This document shows, piece after piece, positions 46,543-59,367 of a stretch of DNA of 64,000 nt; the first letter of the stretch is position 1, and each line of letters begins with the position of its first letter. A program made the translations under genes and the position numbers. The stretch comes from Isurus oxyrinchus (Eukaryota). The DNA lies in the NCBI GenBank assembly GCA_026770705.1, contig JANJGN010000006.1, positions 10,416,001 through 10,480,000 on the forward strand. Reading direction: 5' to 3'. The notes beneath the pieces are model-generated. The model was not told the origin of the DNA and made no database searches. It was given only the letters and a program-made list of their open reading frames with translations.

Positions 46543-48237
46543 CTTGTTGCTGTTTACTCAAACAGCACTGATTTTCATCTTAAAAATCTTGACAAACACA
46601 ATTTCAATTACTTTCGTTTGGAAACTACAGGCTAATATGCTCTTAATTTTGGTGCCCACATGGCCCAGGAACACAGATGACACAGGCAAGAAGGGTTGGC
46701 AATGCATCTGGAATGGGCCACAATATTTCTCAATTTCTTGCTGCAACCAACCGCCCCCCAGCGCCCAATGCCCAACACACATCGCCCATCACCCAACACC
46801 CAACTGTTTACCCATTTCACCTGCTGTCCCTGCAGAGAGACAGCTCTCACTTAGAAGAGACTGGCTGGTGGAGAAATAACCAGGTGGTGCATGTGGGAGG
46901 AAATGAGGGGTTCTGAGCGAACGAGAGAGGATGTGGGCAGAGATTCAGGACAAGCTTAGTAGTGAATGAACAGTGACCAGTGGACAGGGTTTGTTTGGCA
47001 GGGGTCTGGTGGGGGGGGCGTGCTGGTGGACAGTGAACTGGGATTGTGATGGGAGTGTTAGTGAATGGTGGAAAGGGATTAGAGTGTGGGAGTTAGCGTA
47101 GGGATTAGGATGGGGAGGGACTGGACAGCGGTTGGTGTTCAGTGGGTGGAGGCAGGACAGAATGTTCAATAGGAGATTGACGGTGGAGGGTAGGGGATTG
47201 GGGCGAGGGGGTAGTAAACACTGGGTAGGGGATTAGATTTGGGAGTGGCATGTTTAGTGCATGATCAAGGTTCTGAGGTCAGGAGGGGAAATTTGGGTAC
47301 AGGCAGTGGGGCAGAATGCAAGATTTAGTGCGGGAGTCACAGCTTTCCCAAAAAGAGGGTCAAAGTCATTTACAGCTTTAAATGACTTCACTAAGAAGCA
47401 AACATTTGGAAACACTTCATAAGCTAAACAAGCAGATAAGACATTCGACATAACAGGGGGAGAAGAGTTTACCGGTCCCGGATCAGACAAACCGGTGGGG
47501 GAAGCAAACAGGGAGATGCTGTTCTTCATAAGTAGGCAGTCTTCTTACAGCGGTTCACTGCACCCAGATCAGGCAAACGCATGGAAGAAGAAGCGTGGTG
47601 CTGATCTCTGTAGCTGGAGCAATCTCTTCTGCTCTCAGTCTTCTTCAGCTAGATGTAAGTCCAAAGCCAGCATAGATCCAGTTTAAGAAGAATGGATCCT
47701 CCATCCAAAATATATTTTCCCCTCTTGAGAGCCCATTTATATACCTGATTTTAAGGGGCCGGTGAATAGTACGACACAATCACCTTTCAGATGTTCACTT
47801 TGCAAGGGAGAGATATTCAAGGTAGACCCCTCCTGTTTCCATTGGAAGCCATGAAGTAAGTCATCTTGTGGCCTATGGCTTGCTAGGACATGATGTTTAA
47901 CCTTTACTCAGTTGGTTTAGATATGGATCATGAGATCTCACCTTATCAGGCTTCAGGAATGTCTTGTGCCAGGGCCTATGTTAGAAGCATGTCCTTGGCA
48001 GAAATAAAAGGCAGCCTGAGGAAAAGTGACAGGTGAAAAGTGACTATTCCACACACAGTGCAGGCTTCTGACTGGCGCCCCTATTAGCACGCGCCCAGGG
48101 TGCAGGTGTGACAGGCGTGAAGAGCGCCTGTGCCCTGCTCCTGCCCGGTTGACCAATCAGAAGCGAAGCAGCAGGAATGATGACTATTTCCTCTGCCGTA
48201 CACACATCAAGCCTGGAGAGCACACAGACCTACAGCA

Positions 48238-48323
48238 CCTTCGATAGCTCAGCTGGTAGAGCGGAGGACTGTAGTTGTTCCGTGGTCATCCTTAGGTCGC
48301 TGGTTCAATTCTGGCTCGAAGGA
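48238..48323 (+). tRNA. tRNA-Tyr-GTA: tRNA-Tyr(GTA), intron, unit 20
   Basis: Array consensus. Confidence 0.88.
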
Positions 48324-48664
48324 CGTGTGCTTCCTTTTGCCTCGATCCCCCACAGCTTTTTACACCCTCCCAATAGGGACTGGCAATCAATACGGTCCTA
48401 AATGGGTATTGGGGGGCAAGACAAATGCTGGTGAGTCCCTACTGCCGGGAAACGATCAGGTTAGGGCCGGGGTGAAGGACGCGCGGGACTCGGAGAACTC
48501 CCGCCATAGCGCCGCGGAAAAGCGGCCACCCCGCCCCCTGCGGTGCGCGCGTGCACAGCGGCGGTTTAACACACCCTGAGGCAGCGCCTCCCAATGTTAA
48601 CTTTGAGGTAGTGTCTGCAGCGGATGATCATTCTTTAGCCATTTTACGGCATGGATTTCTATCT

Positions 48665-48737
48665 GGGGGGTTAGCTCAAATGGTAGAGCGCTCGCTTAGC
48701 ATGTGAGAGGTAGCGGGATCAATGCCCGCATCCTCCA
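48665..48737 (+). tRNA. tRNA-Ala-AGC: tRNA-Ala(AGC), unit 20 (A6G, as unit 5)
   Basis: GGGGGGTTAGC. Confidence 0.85.
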
Positions 48738-50433
48738 GTTGTTGCTGTTTACTCAAACAGCACTGATTTTCATCTTAAAAATCTTGACAAACACAATTTC
48801 AATTACTTTCATTTGGAAACTACAGGCTAATATGCTCTTAATTTTGGTGCCCACATGGCCCAGGAACACAGATGACACAGGCAAGAAGGGTTGGCAATGC
48901 ATCTGGAATGGGCCACAATATTTCTCAATTTCTTGCTGCAACCAACCGCCCCCCAGCGCCCAATGCCCAACACACATCGCCCATCACCCAACACCCAACT
49001 GTTTACCCATTTCACCTGCTGTCCCTGCAGAGAGACAGCTCTCACTTAGAAGAGACTGGCTGGTGGAGAAATAACCAGGTGGTGCATGTGGGAGGAAATG
49101 AGGGGTTCTGAGCGAACGAGAGAGGATGTGGGCAGAGATTCAGGACAAGCTTAGTAGTGAATGAACAGTGACCAGTGGACAGGGTTTGTTTGGCAGGGGT
49201 CTGGTGGGGGGGGGCGTGCTGGTGGACAGTGAACTGGGATTGTGATGGGAGTGTTAGTGAATGGTGGAAAGGGATTAGAGTGTGGGAGTTAGCGTAGGGA
49301 TTAGGATGGGGAGGGACTGGACAGCGGTTGGTGTTCAGTGGGTGGAGGCAGGACAGAATGTTCAATAGGAGATTGACGGTGGAGGGTAGGGGATTGGGGC
49401 GAGGGGGTAGTAAACACTGGGTAGGGGATTAGATTTGGGAGTGGCATGTTTAGTGCATGATCAAGGTTCTGAGGTCAGGAGGGGAAATTTGGGTACAGGC
49501 AGTGGGGCAGAATGCAAGATTTAGTGCGGGAGTCACAGCTTTCCCAAAAAGAGGGTCAAAGTCATTTACAGCTTTAAATGACTTCACTAAGAAGCAAACA
49601 TTTGGAAACACTTCATAAGCTAAACAAGCAGATAAGACATTCGACATAACAGAGGGAGAAGAGTTTACCGGTCCCGGATCAGACAAACCGGTGGGGGAAG
49701 CAAACAGGGAGATGCTGTTCTTCATAAGTAGGCAGTCTTCTTACAGCGGTTCACTGCACCCAGATCAGGCAAACGCATGGAAGAAGAAGCGTGGTGCTGA
49801 TCTCTGTAGCTGGAGCAATCTCTTCTGCTCTCAGTCTTCTTGAGCTAGATGTAAGTCCAAAGCCAGCATTGATCCAGTTTAAGAAGAATGGATCCTCCAT
49901 CCAAAATATATTTTCCCCTCTTGAGAGCCCATTTATATACCTGATTTTAAGGGGCCGGTGAATAGTACGACACAATCACCTTTCAGATGTTCACTTTGCA
50001 AGGGAGAGATATTCAAGGTAGACCCCTCTTGTTTCCATTGGAAGCCATGAAGTAAGTCATCTTGTGGCCTATGGCTTGCTAGGACATGATGTTTAACCTT
50101 TACTCAGTTGGTTTAAATATGGATCATGAGATCTCACCTTATCAGGCTTCAGGAATGTCTTGAGCCAGGGCCTATGTTAGAAGCATGTCCTTGGCAGAAA
50201 TAAAAGGCAGCCTGAGGAAAAGTGACAGGTGAAAAGTGACTATTCCACACACAGTGCAGGCTTCTGACTGGCGCCCCTATTAGCACGCGCCCAGGGTGCA
50301 GGTGTGACAGGCGTGAAGAGCGCCTGTGCCCTGCTCCTGCCCGGTTGACCAATCAGAAGCGAAGCAGCAGGAATGATGACTATTTCCTCTGCCGTACACA
50401 CATCAAGCCTGGAGAGCACACAGACCTACAGCA

Positions 50434-50519
50434 CCTTCGATAGCTCAGCTGGTAGAGCGGAGGACTGTAGTTGTTCTGTGGTCATCCTTAGGGCGCTGGT
50501 TCAATTCTGGCTCGAAGGA
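50434..50519 (+). tRNA. tRNA-Tyr-GTA: tRNA-Tyr(GTA), intron, unit 21 (T47G; intron ttgttctg)
   Basis: CCTTAGGGCGCTGG. Confidence 0.83.
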
Positions 50520-50861
50520 CGTGTGCTTCCTTTTGCCTCGATTCCCCCATAGCTTTTTACACCCTCCCAATAGGGACTGGCAATCAATACGGTCCTAAAT
50601 GGGTATTGGGGGGCAAGACAAATGCTGGTGAGTCCCTACTGCCGGGAAACGATCAGGTTAGGGCCGGGGTGAAGGACGCGCGGGACTCGGAGAACTCCCG
50701 CCATAGCGCCGCGGAAAAGCGGCCACCCCGCCCCCTGCGGTGCGCGCGTGCACAGCGGCGGTTTAACACACCCTGAGGCAGCGCCTCCCAATGTTAACTT
50801 TGAGGTAGTGTCTGCAGCGGATGATCATTCTTTAGCCATTTTACGGCATGGATTTCTATCT

Positions 50862-50934
50862 GGGGGATTAGCTCAAATGGTAGAGTGCACGCTTAGCATG
50901 TGAGAGGTAGCGGGATCAATGCCCGCATCCTCCA
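50862..50934 (+). tRNA. tRNA-Ala-AGC: tRNA-Ala(AGC), unit 21 (C25T, T28A anticodon-stem mismatch)
   Basis: GTAGAGTGCACGC. Confidence 0.7.
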
Positions 50935-52278
50935 GTTGTTGCTGTTTACTCAAACAGCACTGATTTTCATCTTAAAAATCTTGACAAACACAATTTCAAT
51001 TACTTTCATTTGGAAACTACAGGCTAATATGCTCTTAATTTTGGTGCCCACATGGCCCAGGAACACAGATGACACAGGCAAGAAGGGTTGGCAATGCATC
51101 TGGAATGGGCCACAATATTTCTCAATTTCTTGCTGCAACCAACCGCCCCCCAGCGCCCAATGCCCAACACACATCGCCCATCACCCAACACCCAACTGTT
51201 TACCCATTTCACCTGCTGTCCCTGCAGAGAGACAGCTCTCACTTAGAAGAGACTGGCTGGTGGAGAAATAACCAGGTGGTGCATGTGGGAGGAAATGAGG
51301 GGTTCTGAGCGAACGAGAGAGGATGTGGGCAGAGATTCAGGACAAGCTTAGTAGAGAATGAACAGTGACCAGTGGACAGGGTTTGTTTGGCAGGGGTCTG
51401 GTGGGGGGGGCGTGCTGGTGGACAGTGAACTGGGATTGTGATGGGAGTGTTAGTAAATGGTGGAAAGGGATTAGAGTGTGGGAGTTAGTGTAGGGATTGG
51501 GATGGGCATGGACTGGACAGTGGTTGGTGTTCAGTGGGTGGAGGCAGGACAGAATGTTGAATAGGAGATTGACGGTGGAGGGTAGGGGATTGGGGCGAGG
51601 GGGTAGTAAACATTGGGTAGGGGATTAGATTTGGAAGTGGCATGTTTAGTGCATGATCAAGGTTCTGAGGTCAGGAGGGGAAATTTGGGTACAGGCAGTG
51701 GGGCAGAATGCAAGATTTAGTGCGGGAGTCACAGCTTTCCCAAAAAGAGGGTCAAAGTCATTTACAGCTTTAAATGACTTCACTAAGAAGCAAACATTTG
51801 GAAACACTTCATAAGCTAAACAAGCAGATAAGACATTCGACATAACAGGGGGAGAAGAGTTTACCGGTCCCGGATCAGACAAACCGGTGGGGGAAGCAAA
51901 CAGGGAGATGCTGTTCTTCATAAGTAGGCAGTCTTCTTACAGCGGTTCACTGCACCCAGATCAGGCAAACGCATGGAAGAAGAAGCGTGGTGCTGATCTC
52001 TGTAGCTGGAGCAATCTCTTCTGCTCTCAGTCTTCTTGAGCTAGATGTAAGTCCAAAGCCAGCATAGATCCAGTTTAAGAAGAATGGATCCTCCATCCAA
52101 AATATATTTTCCCCTCTTGAGAGCCCATTTATATACCTGATTTTAAGGGGCCGGTGAATATTACGACACAATCACCTTTCAGATGTTCACTTTGCAAGGG
52201 AGAGATATTCAAGGTAGACCCCTCCTATTTCCTCTGCCGTACACACATCAAGCCTGGAGAGCACACAGACCCACAGCA

Positions 52279-52364
52279 CCTTCGATAGCTCAGCTGGTAG
52301 AGCGGAGGACTGTAGTTGTTCCGTGGTCATCCTTAGGTCGCTGGTTCAATTCTGGCTCGAAGGA
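52279..52364 (+). tRNA. tRNA-Tyr-GTA: tRNA-Tyr(GTA), intron, unit 22 (upstream ~351-bp deletion)
   Basis: Array consensus. Confidence 0.88.
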
Positions 52365-52705
52365 CGTGTGCTTCCTTTTGCCTCGATCCCCCACAGCTTT
52401 TTACACCCTCCCAATAGGGACTGGCAATCAATACGGTCCTAAATGGGTATTGGGGGGCAAGACAAATGCTGGTGAGTCCCTACTGCCGGGAAACGATCAG
52501 GTTAGGGCCGGGGTGAAGGACGCGCGGGACTCGGAGAACTCCCGCCATAGCGCCGCGGAAAAGCGGCCACCCCGCCCCCTGCGGTGCGCGCGTGCACAGC
52601 GGCGGTTTAACACACCCTGAGGCAGCGCCTCCCAATGTTAACTTTGAGGTAGTGTCTGCAGCGGATGATCATTCTTTAGCCATTTTACGGCATGGATTTC
52701 TATCT

Positions 52706-52778
52706 GGGGGATTAGCTCAAATGGTAGAGTGCTCGCTTAGCATGTGAGAGGTAGCGGGATCAATGCCCGCATCCTCCA
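52706..52778 (+). tRNA. tRNA-Ala-AGC: tRNA-Ala(AGC), unit 22 (C25T, as unit 6)
   Basis: GTAGAGTGCTCG. Confidence 0.85.
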
Positions 52779-54474
52779 CTTGTTGCTGTTTACTCAAACA
52801 GCACTGATTTTCATCTTAAAAATCTTGACAAACACAATTTCAATTACTTTCATTTGGAAACTACAGGCTAATATGCTCTTAATTTTGGTGCCCACATGGC
52901 CCAGGAACACAGATGACACAGGCAAGAAGGGTTGGCAATGCATCTGGAATGGGCCACAATATTTCTCAATTTCTTGCTGCAACCAACCGCCCCCCAGCGC
53001 CCAATGCCCAACACACATCGCCCATCACCCAACACCCAACTGTTTACCCATTTCACCTGCTGTCCCTGCAGAGAGACAGCTCTCACTTAGAAGAGACTGG
53101 CTGGTGGAGAAATAACCAGGTGGTGCATGTGGGAGGAAATGAGGGGTTCTGAGCGAACGAGAGAGGATGTGGGCAGAGATTCAGGACAAGCTTAGTAGTG
53201 AATGAACAGTGACCAGTGGACAGGGTTTGTTTGGCAGGGGTCTGGTGGGGGGGGGCGTGCTGGTGGACAGTGAACTGGGATTGTGATGGGAGTGTTAGTG
53301 AATGGTGGAAAGGGATTAGAGTGTGGGAGTTAGCGTAGGGATTAGGATGGGGAGGGACTGGACAGCGGTTGGTGTTCAGTGGGTGGAGGCAGGACAGAAT
53401 GTTCAATAGGAGATTGACGGTGGAGGGTAGGGGATTGGGGCGAGGGGGTAGTAAACACTGGGTAGGGGATTAGATTTGGGAGTGGCATGTTTAGTGCATG
53501 ATCAAGGTTCTGAGGTCAGGAGGGGAAATTTGGGTACAGGCAGTGGGGCAGAATGCAAGATTTAGTGCGGGAGTCACAGCTTTCCCAAAAAGAGGGTCAA
53601 AGTCATTTACAGCTTTAAATGACTTCACTAAGAAGCAAACATTTGGAAACACTTCATAAGCTAAACAAGCAGATAAGACATTCGACATAACAGGGGGAGA
53701 AGAGTTTACCGGTCCCGGATCAGACAAACCGGTGGGGGAAGCAAACAGGGAGATGCTGTTCTTCATAAGTAGGCAGTCTTCTTACAGCGGTTCACTGCAC
53801 CCAGATCAGGCAAACGCATGGAAGAAGAAGCGTGGTGCTGATCTCTGTAGCTGGAGCAATCTCTTCTGCTCTCAGTCTTCTTGAGCTAGATGTAAGTCCA
53901 AAGCCAGCATTGATCCAGTTTAAGAAGAATGGATCCTCCATCCAAAATATATTTTCCCCTCTTGAGAGCCCATTTATATACCTGATTTTAAGGGGCCGGT
54001 GAATAGTACGACACAATCACCTTTCAGATGTTCACTTTGCAAGGGAGAGATATTCAAGGTAGACCCCTCCTGTTTCCATTGGAAGCCATGAAGTAAGTCA
54101 TCTTGTGGCCTATGGCTTGCTAGGACATGATGTTTAACCTTTACTCAGTTGGTTTAGATATGGATCATGAGATCTCACCTTATCAGGCTTCAGGAATGTC
54201 TTGAGCCAGGGCCTATGTTAGAAGCATGTCCTTGGCAGAAATAAAAGGCAGCCTGAGGAAAAGTGACAGGTGAAAAGTGACTATTCCACACACAGTGCAG
54301 GCTTCTGACTGGCGCCCCTATTAGCACGCGCCCAGGGTGCAGGTGTGACAGGCGTGAAGAGCGCCTGTGCCCTGCTCCTGCCCGGTTGACCAATCAGAAG
54401 CGAAGCAGCAGGAATGATGACTATTTCCTCTGCCGTACACACATCAAGCCTGGAGAGCACACAGACCTACAGCA

Positions 54475-54560
54475 CCTTCGATAGCTCAGCTGGTAGAGCG
54501 GAGGACTGTAGTTGTTCCGTGGTCATCCTTAGGTCGCTGGTTCAATTCTGGCTCGAAGGA
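54475..54560 (+). tRNA. tRNA-Tyr-GTA: tRNA-Tyr(GTA), intron, unit 23
   Basis: Array consensus. Confidence 0.88.
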
Positions 54561-54901
54561 CGTGTGCTTCCTTTTGCCTCGATCCCCCACAGCTTTTTAC
54601 ACCCTCCCAATAGGGACTGGCAATCAATACGGTCCTAAATGGGTATTGGGGGGCAAGACAAATGCTGGTGAGTCCCTACTGCCGGGAAACGATCAGGTTA
54701 GGGCCGGGGTGAAGGACGCGCGGGACTCGGAGAACTCCCGCCATAGCGCCGCGGAAAAGCGGCCACCCCGCCCCCTGCGGTGCGCGCGTGCACAGCGGCG
54801 GTTTAACACACCCTGAGGCAGCGCCTCCCAATGTTAACTTTGAGGTAGTGTCTGCAGCGGATGATCATTCTTTAGCCATTTTACGGCATGGATTCCTATC
54901 T

Positions 54902-54974
54902 GGGGGATTAGCTCAAATGGTAGAGCGCTCGCTTAGCATGTGAGAGGTAGCGGGATCAATGCCCGCATCCTCCA
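54902..54974 (+). tRNA. tRNA-Ala-AGC: tRNA-Ala(AGC), unit 23
   Basis: Array consensus. Confidence 0.9.
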
Positions 54975-56670
54975 CTTGTTGCTGTTTACTCAAACAGCAC
55001 TGATTTTCATCTTAAAAATCTTGACAAACACAATTTCAATTACTTTCATTTGGAAACTACAGGCTAATATGCTCTTAATTTTGGTGCCCACATGGCCCAG
55101 GAACACAGATGACACAGGCAAGAAGGGTTGGCAATGCATCTGGAATGGGCCACAATATTTCTCAATTTCTTGCTGCAACCAACCGCCCCCCAGCGCCCAA
55201 TGCCCAACACACATCGCCCATCACCCAACACCCAACTGTTTACCCATTTCACCTGCTGTCCCTGCAGAGAGACAGCTCTCACTTAGAAGAGACTGGCTGG
55301 TGGAGAAATAACCAGGTGGTGCATGTGGGAGGAAATGAGGGGTTCTGAGCGAACGAGAGAGGATGTGGGCAGAGATTCAGGACAAGCTTAGTAGTGAATG
55401 AACAGTGACCAGTGGACAGGGTTTGTTTGGCAGGGGTCTGGTGGGGGGGGGCGTGCTGGTGGACAGTGAACTGGGATTGTGATGGGAGTGTTAGTGAATG
55501 GTGGAAAGGGATTAGAGTGTGGGAGTTAGCGTAGGGATTAGGATGGGGAGGGACTGGACAGCGGTTGGTGTTCAGTGGGTGGAGGCAGGACAGAATGTTC
55601 AATAGGAGATTGACGGTGGAGGGTAGGGGATTGGGGCGAGGGGGTAGTAAACACTGGGTAGGGGATTAGATTTGGGAGTGGCATGTTTAGTGCATGATCA
55701 AGGTTCTGAGGTCAGGAGGGGAAATTTGGGTACAGGCAGTGGGGCAGAATGCAAGATTTAGTGCGGGAGTCACAGCTTTCCCAAAAAGAGGGTCAAAGTC
55801 ATTTACAGCTTTAAATGACTTCACTAAGAAGCAAACATTTGGAAACACTTCATAAGCTAAACAAGCAGATAAGACATTCGACATAACAGGGGGAGAAGAG
55901 TTTACCGGTCCCGGATCAGACAAACCGGTGGGGGAAGCAAACAGGGAGATGCTGTTCTTCATAAGTAGGCAGTCTTCTTACAGCGGTTCACTGCACCCAG
56001 ATCAGGCAAACGCATGGAAGAAGAAGCGTGGTGCTGATCTCTGTAGCTGGAGCAATCTCTTCTGCTCTCAGTCTTCTTGAGCTAGATGTAAGTCCAAAGC
56101 CAGCATTGATCCAGTTTAAGAAGAATGGATCCTCCATCCAAAATATATTTTCCCCTCTTGAGAGCCCATTTATATACCTGATTTTAAGGGGCCGGTGAAT
56201 AGTACGACACAATCACCTTTCAGATGTTCACTTTGCAAGGGAGAGATATTCAAGGTAGACCCCTCCTGTTTCCATTGGAAGCCATGAAGTAAGTCATCTT
56301 GTGGCCTATGGCTTGCTAGGACATGATGTTTAACCTTTACTCAGTTGGTTTAGATATGGATCATGAGATCTCACCTTATCAGGCTTCAGGAATGTCTTGA
56401 GCCAGGGCCTATGTTAGAAGCATGTCCTTGGCAGAAATAAAAGGCAGCCTGAGGAAAAGTGACAGGTGAAAAGTGACTATTCCACACACAGTGCAGGCTT
56501 CTGACTGGCGCCCCTATTAGCACGCGCCCAGGGTGCAGGTGTGACAGGCGTGAAGAGCGCCTGTGCCCTGCTCCTGCCCGGTTGACCAATCAGAAGCGAA
56601 GCAGCAGGAATGATGACTATTTCCTCTGCCGTACACACATCAAGCCTGGAGAGCACACAGACCTACAGCA

Positions 56671-56756
56671 CCTTCGATAGCTCAGCTGGTAGAGCGGAGG
56701 ACTGTAGTTGTTCCGTGGTCATCCTTAGGTCGCTGGTTCAATTCTGGCTCGAAGGA
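56671..56756 (+). tRNA. tRNA-Tyr-GTA: tRNA-Tyr(GTA), intron, unit 24
   Basis: Array consensus. Confidence 0.88.
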
Positions 56757-57097
56757 CGTGTGCTTCCTTTTGCCTCGATCCCCCACAGCTTTTTACACCC
56801 TCCCAATAGGGACTGGCAATCAATACGGTCCTAAATGGGTATTGGGGGGCAAGACAAATGCTGGTGAGTCCCTACTGCCGGGAAACGATCAGGTTAGGGC
56901 CGGGGTGAAGGACGCGCGGGACTCGGAGAACTCCCGCCATAGCGCCGCGGAAAAGCGGCCACCCCGCCCCCTGCGGTGCGCGCGTGCACAGCGGCGGTTT
57001 AACACACCCTGAGGCAGCGCCTCCCAATGTTAACTTTGAGGTAGTGTCTGCAGCGGATGATCATTCTTTAGCCATTTTACGGCATGGATTCCTATCT

Positions 57098-57170
57098 GGG
57101 GGATTAGCTCAAATGGTAGAGCGCTCGCTTAGCATGTGAGAGGTAGCGGGATCAATGCCCGCATCCTCCA
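57098..57170 (+). tRNA. tRNA-Ala-AGC: tRNA-Ala(AGC), unit 24
   Basis: Array consensus. Confidence 0.9.
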
Positions 57171-58866
57171 CTTGTTGCTGTTTACTCAAACAGCACTGAT
57201 TTTCATCTTAAAAATCTTGACAAACACAATTTCAATTACTTTCATTTGGAAACTACAGGCTAATATGCTCTTAATTTTGGTGCCCACATGGCCCAGGAAC
57301 ACAGATGACACAGGCAAGAAGGGTTGGCAATGCATCTGGAATGGGCCACAATATTTCTCAATTTCTTGCTGCAACCAACCGCCCCCCAGCGCCCAATGCC
57401 CAACACACATCGCCCATCACCCAACACCCAACTGTTTACCCATTTCACCTGCTGTCCCTGCAGAGAGACAGCTCTCACTTAGAAGAGACTGGCTGGTGGA
57501 GAAATAACCAGGTGGTGCATGTGGGAGGAAATGAGGGGTTCTGAGCGAACGAGAGAGGATGTGGGCAGAGATTCAGGACAAGCTTAGTAGTGAATGAACA
57601 GTGACCAGTGGACAGGGTTTGTTTGGCAGGGGTCTGGTGGGGGGGGGCGTGCTGGTGGACAGTGAACTGGGATTGTGATGGGAGTGTTAGTGAATGGTGG
57701 AAAGGGATTAGAGTGTGGGAGTTAGCGTAGGGATTAGGATGGGGAGGGACTGGACAGCGGTTGGTGTTCAGTGGGTGGAGGCAGGACAGAATGTTCAATA
57801 GGAGATTGACGGTGGAGGGTAGGGGATTGGGGCGAGGGGGTAGTAAACACTGGGTAGGGGATTAGATTTGGGAGTGGCATGTTTAGTGCATGATCAAGGT
57901 TCTGAGGTCAGGAGGGGAAATTTGGGTACAGGCAGTGGGGCAGAATGCAAGATTTAGTGCGGGAGTCACAGCTTTCCCAAAAAGAGGGTCAAAGTCATTT
58001 ACAGCTTTAAATGACTTCACTAAGAAGCAAACATTTGGAAACACTTCATAAGCTAAACAAGCAGATAAGACATTCGACATAACAGGGGGAGAAGAGTTTA
58101 CCGGTCCCGGATCAGACAAACCGGTGGGGGAAGCAAACAGGGAGATGCTGTTCTTCATAAGTAGGCAGTCTTCTTACAGCGGTTCACTGCACCCAGATCA
58201 GGCAAACGCATGGAAGAAGAAGCGTGGTGCTGATCTCTGTAGCTGGAGCAATCTCTTCTGCTCTCAGTCTTCTTGAGCTAGATGTAAGTCCAAAGCCAGC
58301 ATTGATCCAGTTTAAGAAGAATGGATCCTCCATCCAAAATATATTTTCCCCTCTTGAGAGCCCATTTATATACCTGATTTTAAGGGGCCGGTGAATAGTA
58401 CGACACAATCACCTTTCAGATGTTCACTTTGCAAGGGAGAGATATTCAAGGTAGACCCCTCCTGTTTCCATTGGAAGCCATGAAGTAAGTCATCTTGTGG
58501 CCTATGGCTTGCTAGGACATGATGTTTAACCTTTACTCAGTTGGTTTAGATATGGATCATGAGATCTCACCTTATCAGGCTTCAGGAATGTCTTGAGCCA
58601 GGGCCTATGTTAGAAGCATGTCCTTGGCAGAAATAAAAGGCAGCCTGAGGAAAAGTGACAGGTGAAAAGTGACTATTCCACACACAGTGCAGGCTTCTGA
58701 CTGGCGCCCCTATTAGCACGCGCCCAGGGTGCAGGTGTGACAGGCGTGAAGAGCGCCTGTGCCCTGCTCCTGCCCGGTTGACCAATCAGAAGCGAAGCAG
58801 CAGGAATGATGACTATTTCCTCTGCCGTACACACATCAAGCCTGGAGAGCACACAGACCTACAGCA

Positions 58867-58952
58867 CCTTCGATAGCTCAGCTGGTAGAGCGGAGGACTG
58901 TAGTTGTTCCGTGGTCATCCTTAGGTCGCTGGTTCAATTCTGGCTCGAAGGA
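58867..58952 (+). tRNA. tRNA-Tyr-GTA: tRNA-Tyr(GTA), intron, unit 25
   Basis: Array consensus. Confidence 0.88.
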
Positions 58953-59294
58953 CGTGTGCTTCCTTTTGCCTCGATTCCCCCATAGCTTTTTACACCCTCC
59001 CAATAGGGACTGGCAATCAATACGGTCCTAAATGGGTATTGGGGGGCAAGACAAATGCTGGTGAGTCCCTACTGCCGGGAAACGATCAGGTTAGGGCCGG
59101 GGTGAAGGACGCGCGGGACTCGGAGAACTCCCGCCATAGCGCCGCGGAAAAGCGGCCACCCCGCCCCCTGCGGTGCGCGCGTGCACAGCGGCGGTTTAAC
59201 ACACCCTGAGGCAGCGCCTCCCAATGTTAACTTTGAGGTAGTGTCTGCAGCGGATGATCATTCTTTAGCCATTTTACGGCATGGATTTCTATCT

Positions 59295-59367
59295 GGGGGA
59301 TTAGCTCAAATGGTAGAGCGCTCGCTTAGCATGTGAGAGGTAGCGGGATCAATGCCCGCATCCTCCA
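59295..59367 (+). tRNA. tRNA-Ala-AGC: tRNA-Ala(AGC), unit 25
   Basis: Array consensus. Confidence 0.9.
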
